From an uncultured Nitrososphaerota archaeon (lineage in GTDB: Archaea; Thermoproteota; EX4484-205; JAAOZO01): a stretch of DNA of 64,000 bases. Shown here piece after piece: positions 59,040-64,000 of the stretch. The position numbers and the translations under genes were made by a program. Positions within the stretch are counted from its first letter, which is position 1, and each line of letters opens with the position of its first letter. Under the pieces are notes generated by a model. The model was not told the origin of the DNA, made no database searches, and saw nothing but the letters and a program-made list of their open reading frames with translations. The stretch lies in the NCBI GenBank assembly GCA_964408285.1, contig CAYOYV010000005.1, positions 49,235 to 113,234 on the forward strand, written 5' to 3'.

Positions 59040-60347
59040 TCACTTTTTCCTTATGACAAATTCAGGCAGGTATTTTGACACCAATTCCAGCATTTCCGTG
59101 TCTGCAAGTGGGGTTATTCTGCCTGCCTCGTACATTTTGACTACGTCCGAATATAGACGGTCGACCCTTGCGTCTTGTTTCAGATGATTCATTTCAAGGC
59201 CGAATGCATTACATATCCAATACGCGACCGCTGATCGGCCGGAGTATGCATCGACGGAAACCTTAGGCTTGATCCCGAGAATCTTCTGCGTGTCGAAGGG
59301 AAGATAGACTTCCGGGTTCTTGAGTAGACCATCTATGTGTATGCCTGCTCTCGTTCTGAATGCATTCTCCCCGAAAAGCGGGTAATGCATTGGGATATTC
59401 AAACCAAGGTCACGGAATAGATCTGCCGCCTCGCTGAATGAAACCAGATCTATGGTACTCGTCGACCCACAGGCCTGAGCGCATGCCATTACCATTGCCT
59501 CCATGGGGCAATTTCCTGCCCTTTCTCCTATGCCGAATAGTGTGCAGTTCGAAAGAGCTGCGCCATGCAACCAAGCTGCCATGTGATTCGCCACGACAAG
59601 GTGGAAATCATTGTGACCATGGAATTCCAGTTGTTCTGGCACAAGACCCGCCTTTCTCCTCAGGCTATTGACGATTCGCGGGATGCCTCTTGGCAGTTCG
59701 GCTTCCTCAAACGGCAGGCCCAGTCCCAAAGTGTCCGCGAATTTAATCGTCATGAACTGCCCGTATTCCTCAGCGACATCCATAAGGGCATTCACGAATG
59801 GAATGACAAGCCCATTCATGTCGGCTCGAGTAATATCCTCCAACGAAACCTTCAAGGAGATCCCTTTTTCCAGAGCATATCTTACCGTCTTGAGGTAATT
59901 CTCGACTGCCCTCGCTCTAGTTGTCCCGAGCTTATGATGAATATGGTAGTCCGAAATCGAGCACAGCATGACTGTCCACCTCAAAGCGGTCCGTAAGAGA
60001 AGATCGACATCCTCTGTTCTAGCCCTAATCCAGCCAATCGGTCGAGGGAAATCATAGTTCAGGTTTGTAATCTTTTCAATCACCGTCCTGTCCTTAGCGG
60101 TGTAGGGAAAAACCTCAGACGACATGATCATGCCCTTTCCATTGTCAAGTCTGTGAAGCATCTCATAGATCCGCAATGACTCATCCACACTCAGGGTCCT
60201 CCAGCCCTGTTGCCCATCCCTCAGGGTTGTGTCAGTTATATGGAGCTCTGCCGCCTGAGGGTAGGCGGATATGTCTATTCTTGGTGGGACATCGAATGGA
60301 AATACATCTCGGTGGAACTCAGACGAATCCCTCATGCCTCGGATCAT
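59040..60347 (-). CDS. DRE-TIM synthase, Re-citrate-synthase-like; probable homocitrate synthase
   Basis: ITDTTLRDGQQ, SDYHI, LEDITRAD, EFHGHNDF, GIGERAGN, TRAGIH.DGL.KN; sits between lysX and homoaconitase. Confidence 0.75.
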   Translation of the reverse strand: MIRGMRDSSEFHRDVFPFDVPPRIDISAYPQAAELHITDTTLRDGQQGWRTLSVDESLRIYEMLHRLDNGKGMIMSSEVFPYTAKDRTVIEKITNLNYDFPRPIGWIRARTEDVDLLLRTALRWTVMLCSISDYHIHHKLGTTRARAVENYLKTVRYALEKGISLKVSLEDITRADMNGLVIPFVNALMDVAEEYGQFMTIKFADTLGLGLPFEEAELPRGIPRIVNSLRRKAGLVPEQLEFHGHNDFHLVVANHMAAWLHGAALSNCTLFGIGERAGNCPMEAMVMACAQACGSTSTIDLVSFSEAADLFRDLGLNIPMHYPLFGENAFRTRAGIHIDGLLKNPEVYLPFDTQKILGIKPKVSVDAYSGRSAVAYWICNAFGLEMNHLKQDARVDRLYSDVVKMYEAGRITPLADTEMLELVSKYLPEFVIRKK

Positions 60348-60357
60348 TACGACTTGA

Positions 60358-61206
60358 TCACCTCCTCGACGCGGATGTCACGCAGTCCAGTATCAGACCC
60401 GCGATGTTGACGCCGGTCACTGCTACTGTATTCTTGAACTCAGTTGAACCGTTTGCCTCATGAACAAGCAGTCCGTTGTCTGACTCCATGAGATCGATTC
60501 CAAGGTAGTCAGCTCCGATTGCTTCTGCGGTTTTGAGACTGACATCCTCCAACTCCGGATTCCTGGGACATGGCTCGGCCTTGGCGCTCAGCGCAGCATT
60601 GGTTCTCCAGTCATCAGGTGGTGCATATCGATATATCGCTGTAACGAACTTCCCACCTATGACGAAGCTTCTGATGTCGCGCGGTGGACGGGCTACCCTC
60701 TTCTGAACGTAGTAGATCTGGTAGAGAGGGTGCATCATTTCCCTCGACTCGATTATGGCAAGCGAGGATTCCCTGTCATTAAGGGCTCCAACGAGCCTTC
60801 CCCAGCTTCCCACGACAGGCTTTATCACCGAGGGATAACCCATTTCCTCAATGGACTGCAGAGCTGCATCCTTGCTGAAGGAAACTAGGGTCTTGGGTGT
60901 GGGAATGCCCTTCTTGCTTAGCAATGACGTAGTCAGTAGTTTGTTGCCTGTGATGAGGAGAGCATTGAAGTTATTCACAACCCGTGCGCCTGCATCTTCG
61001 AGCATTCTGTCTGAATAAAGACTCTTGAAATAGCTTATTCCTCTCTGCAGATAGACATCGCAGTCATAGTGACTTCCGCCGTTCAGATCGAATATCGTAC
61101 GGTTGAGGTTCAGCAGCTGCACATCTATTCCCCTGGAAGCTGCTTCTTTGATTATCATCTTCTCTTCCGGTCTGATAATGTCGCAGAGCACTCCTACTCT
61201 TGCCAA
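60358..61206 (-). CDS. lysX: Aminoadipate--LysW ligase (ATP-grasp)
   Basis: KPVVGSWGRL, RDIR, WRTN, EFKN; TTG start immediately after the lysW stop. Confidence 0.92.
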   Translation of the reverse strand: MARVGVLCDIIRPEEKMIIKEAASRGIDVQLLNLNRTIFDLNGGSHYDCDVYLQRGISYFKSLYSDRMLEDAGARVVNNFNALLITGNKLLTTSLLSKKGIPTPKTLVSFSKDAALQSIEEMGYPSVIKPVVGSWGRLVGALNDRESSLAIIESREMMHPLYQIYYVQKRVARPPRDIRSFVIGGKFVTAIYRYAPPDDWRTNAALSAKAEPCPRNPELEDVSLKTAEAIGADYLGIDLMESDNGLLVHEANGSTEFKNTVAVTGVNIAGLILDCVTSASRR

Positions 61207-61207
61207 A

Positions 61208-61393
61208 CTATTCTCCCCAGTCTTCCCCTTCCATCTCAATTGCCTTTATCGAGGCCTTTCCATTCCCCACTGCGGTGACCTCGAATGATGTCCCGCAATC
61301 CGGGCATGACACTATCTCACCTACAATTGCATCTCCAGGAACCTCAACAGAGCCATCACATTGGGGACACAGCACAACCATCGAATTCTGCAT
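61208..61393 (-). CDS. lysW: Amino-group carrier protein LysW
   Basis: CPQC..CPDCG zinc ribbon and C-terminal EDWGE. Confidence 0.96.
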   Translation of the reverse strand: MQNSMVVLCPQCDGSVEVPGDAIVGEIVSCPDCGTSFEVTAVGNGKASIKAIEMEGEDWGE

Positions 61394-61428
61394 GCCAGCG
61401 ACCTAGTGCCGAGGCCCAATATAACTTT

Positions 61429-61458
61429 AATATAAACATATCGTTGCGAAATCGTCAC
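61429..61458 (-). promoter_or_regulatory. lysW promoter: TATA box plus candidate LysM operator
   Basis: Minus strand GTGACGATTTCGCAAC followed 6 nt later by TTTATATT. Confidence 0.4.
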
Positions 61459-61889
61459 CAATGCCTCAGTATTATCAAGGTATTCGTATGTGTAACTCCC
61501 CTAATGGAACGAATTCTGTCGATTGAGGCGTTTATGAAGGTGATATTCGTACCAGAGACAAGAACTGCGATGTCGTATTGGCCGGTTGTCTCGTAGACAG
61601 ATGAAACTCCCTCGATCATTGTGATCTCCTTCGAGATCTGAGGATTCGGGACCTCTGGCATCGTCGATATGAGTATAAGTGCCTTAAGACTTGGAAGTGC
61701 AGTCTCTATTGTGAACCTCTTTATTATCCTGTTTCGAACCAATTCATTCACTCTTTTCCTCACAGCACCCTCCGATATGCCCACTTCTCTTCCTATCTCG
61801 ACGTAAGATGTCCTAGAGTCATGGGTCAATATATCCAAGATCTTCGCGTCCTTGTCATCCATTTGATATGGCTTCCCTCGCCTCTCCAT
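61455..61889 (-). CDS. lysM: Lrp/AsnC regulator LysM
   Basis: HTH SEGAVRKRV, YETTGQYDI, IDRIR; directly upstream of lysW. Confidence 0.85.
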   Translation of the reverse strand: MERRGKPYQMDDKDAKILDILTHDSRTSYVEIGREVGISEGAVRKRVNELVRNRIIKRFTIETALPSLKALILISTMPEVPNPQISKEITMIEGVSSVYETTGQYDIAVLVSGTNITFINASIDRIRSIRGVTHTNTLIILRHW

Positions 61890-61965
61890 ATTCTACTTCC
61901 TCATTGGTTGGTGGGCTATTGATTTTAAGTCTTCTAGCGAAGCGATGACTATCGGAATCCTTGGG

Positions 61966-62679
61966 TCAACCTTTCGCACGTTCAGATCGTTGCCTACCCA
62001 TTCTTTGGGCGTTGCACAAATCATTCACAGGACATTCTGGGCATTTTCCTTTCTTGCAATACTCCAGCTGAATTCTGACAAGTTGAGATTCGACATCCTT
62101 CACCTTCCTTATTCCCAACTTCCTGCCCAGCTGAGTAGCGAGATCGGAAACAGGAGGATCTGCCTTCTGCCAAATTCCTCTCAGCTCCCTCAGGTAGATG
62201 TTCACGCACACTGGCCCGACTCCTCTGAATTCCATAAGCATCGTCTCTAGTTCTCTTGGGGAATTGGCCTTCTGGTGCAAGACCTCAAGACTGCCATATT
62301 TCAGCAAGATCCTGCTGCAGATTTCTAGCAGATTCGAAGCTGTGGAGAAATCATATCTGACATATCCACCCGAGTCTAGGACCTTGACCAACCGATCCCA
62401 ACCTGCCGAAAGAATCGCCTTCGGAGACGTGAGACTCTCATCCTCGAACCGTCTGTAGGTTCTTACGGAAATCTGGGAAGAGATCCTTCGAGCGAATAGG
62501 ACGGAGGCCAAAAACCACTTGAATCTTCCATCAGGACTCGTTAAGTCTATTGAGAGCTCCTGCGAATAGGTCCTGATTCCACCGAGCTTTCGTGTCTTTC
62601 TGTTCAATGAAGTAACACCCGATGGAATCCGATTTAAGAATTGGCGCAAAGCGCTGAAGCATTGTGAATGCCAAATCAC
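61966..62679 (-). CDS. HhH-GPD-like hypothetical DNA-binding/glycosylase protein
   Basis: FKWFLASVLF, GGYVRYD, FRGVGPV HhH, C-terminal Cys cluster; start uncertain. Confidence 0.6.
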   Translation of the reverse strand: MIWHSQCFSALRQFLNRIPSGVTSLNRKTRKLGGIRTYSQELSIDLTSPDGRFKWFLASVLFARRISSQISVRTYRRFEDESLTSPKAILSAGWDRLVKVLDSGGYVRYDFSTASNLLEICSRILLKYGSLEVLHQKANSPRELETMLMEFRGVGPVCVNIYLRELRGIWQKADPPVSDLATQLGRKLGIRKVKDVESQLVRIQLEYCKKGKCPECPVNDLCNAQRMGRQRSERAKG

Positions 62680-62709
62680 TTATAAATTTGGGTGGCTTCA
62701 TCCTCGCTC

Positions 62710-63771
62710 ATGAAAGCAAGCGAGAGATTTGGACTAGCTATCGGACGTCGGGAGCCAGATCGTGTTCCAATCCATGACAGCCCTTGGGGTTCTACTGTTG
62801 ATAGATGGCGAGCCGAAGGCCTTCCTTCCGGGATTTCTCCGGCTGATTACTTCGGATTCGAGTTGGCTTCGTTCTCAGCAGATACGTCGCCTCAGCTACC
62901 GGTGGAGGTGCTCCATGAAGACAGCCAGTATCTGATCGAAAGAAATTCCTTCGGGGGAATCAGAAAGAACTACCGAGATTATTCCTCAACTCCCATGATA
63001 ATCGACTATCCGTGTAAGAATCGCAATGACTGGGAGAGACTGAAAGAGAGGCTGAGAGCCAGCGACTATCGAGTTGATTGGGTCTCCGGCATCCAAGCAT
63101 ACCAGAGAGAACGCAGCCGAGGTCGTTTCATAACATATGGCGCTGCTGTGGGTTATGACAAGATCCAGAGCTATCTGGCTTCTGAGCAGCTTCTGAGGTC
63201 GATAATTAGAGATCCCGATTGGGTCAAGGACATGTATCTCACTGACGCAAGGCTAGCCATTGAGATGTGCGAACGAATGATAAGGGCAGGCTTCGTGTTC
63301 GATGCGGCCTTTCTCTTCTGTGATCTGGGATATAGAAATGGTCTTCTTTTTTCACCCAAGCACTTCGAAGAACAGCTCCATCCAGTATTCAAGGAGCTTT
63401 GCACATTCTTCCACGGTAAGGGGATGCCCGTGATGCTTCATTCATGCGGCAGAGTGAAAGATCTGATACCATACTTCATCGAGGAAGGCATTGACTGTCT
63501 TCAGCCCCTCGAGGTCAAGGCCGGTATGGACCTCATTGAACTGAAGAACAAATATGGAGACAAGATATCCTTCATGGGAGGTATCGATGTTCGGCTCATG
63601 TCAATGGAAGACCCGAGACCTCTGGAAAAGGAGATAAAGGACAAATTCGAAGTTGCGAAGCAAGGTGGTGGCTATATCTATCATTCGGATCACTCGATAC
63701 CCAAGGACGTGAGTTTCGAACAATACAAGAGAGTCATGGAGCTCGTCCAGAAGTACGGAAAGTACGCCTAA
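62710..63771 (+). CDS. Uroporphyrinogen decarboxylase / MtaA-CmuA superfamily protein
   Basis: EPDRVP, DLG....LFSP, LHSCG, LQPLE, GGID, GGYI..SDHSIP; ATG 62710. Confidence 0.85.
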   Translation: MKASERFGLAIGRREPDRVPIHDSPWGSTVDRWRAEGLPSGISPADYFGFELASFSADTSPQLPVEVLHEDSQYLIERNSFGGIRKNYRDYSSTPMIIDYPCKNRNDWERLKERLRASDYRVDWVSGIQAYQRERSRGRFITYGAAVGYDKIQSYLASEQLLRSIIRDPDWVKDMYLTDARLAIEMCERMIRAGFVFDAAFLFCDLGYRNGLLFSPKHFEEQLHPVFKELCTFFHGKGMPVMLHSCGRVKDLIPYFIEEGIDCLQPLEVKAGMDLIELKNKYGDKISFMGGIDVRLMSMEDPRPLEKEIKDKFEVAKQGGGYIYHSDHSIPKDVSFEQYKRVMELVQKYGKYA

Positions 63772-63883
63772 CTTGGATATTGTCGGCAGAACCCTCCAGC
63801 GCAGATGACCGTTCATTGATCCAATGTTGGCCCTTCCAAGAGAAAGAAAGATTCTTAACAGACGACCAGTTCATTCCATCCAG

Positions 63884-64000
63884 ATGAAGCTGAGCATAGT
63901 AACTGATGAGATCAGCCAAGATCCCGAGACAGCCGCAGAGCTAGCTGTGAATCACTGGGGGATCAGGAATCTGGAGATAAGAGAGATATGGGGCAAGCGG
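63884..64000 (+). CDS. Sugar phosphate isomerase/epimerase, 5' fragment
   Basis: Manual translation MKLSIVTDEISQDPETAAELAVNHWGIRNLEIREIWGKR, a typical TIM-barrel epimerase N-terminus; runs off the window. Confidence 0.65.
   Translation, partial: MKLSIVTDEISQDPETAAELAVNHWGIRNLEIREIWGKR

Noticed and set aside
1-64000. CRISPR arrays, tRNA/rRNA genes, transposases, integrases
   Set aside because: None recognised by eye in intergenic regions or ORFs; intron-containing tRNAs cannot be fully excluded without tRNAscan-SE.

Overview
About 50% GC archaeal chromosome segment. TATA-type promoters, a LysW pathway with LysM, stand-alone RAM domains and a PINA ATPase remnant point to a TACK-type anaerobic heterotroph (Bathyarchaeia/Brockarchaeota-like; lineage is inference). 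All family assignments come from motif recognition, not database searches. Main contents: (1) a Thermotoga-type myo-inositol catabolic cluster (iolN, iolO, iolM, iolG) with uxaE, coupled to an unusually large transaldolase-family protein and an unassigned TIM-barrel isomerase, which may form an undescribed lower pathway for hexuronates; (2) many carbohydrate enzymes (GH29, GH38, two GHL10 of which one is a pseudogene, DUF4434-like, ThuA); (3) a divergent pair of membrane-anchored enzymes, an Amidase_2 peptidoglycan amidase and a GHL10 (DigH-family) hydrolase, suggesting surface peptidoglycan degradation by an archaeon; (4) thiBPQ under a TPP riboswitch with a visible SD-sequestering platform; (5) a complete LysW/alpha-aminoadipate lysine operon whose first enzyme is Re-citrate-synthase-like; (6) superoxide reductase plus a rubredoxin missed by the ORF track; (7) a ~1 kb non-coding island with a G-run tract and a ~154 nt highly structured element. 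No rRNA, tRNA, CRISPR array or transposase was recognised.
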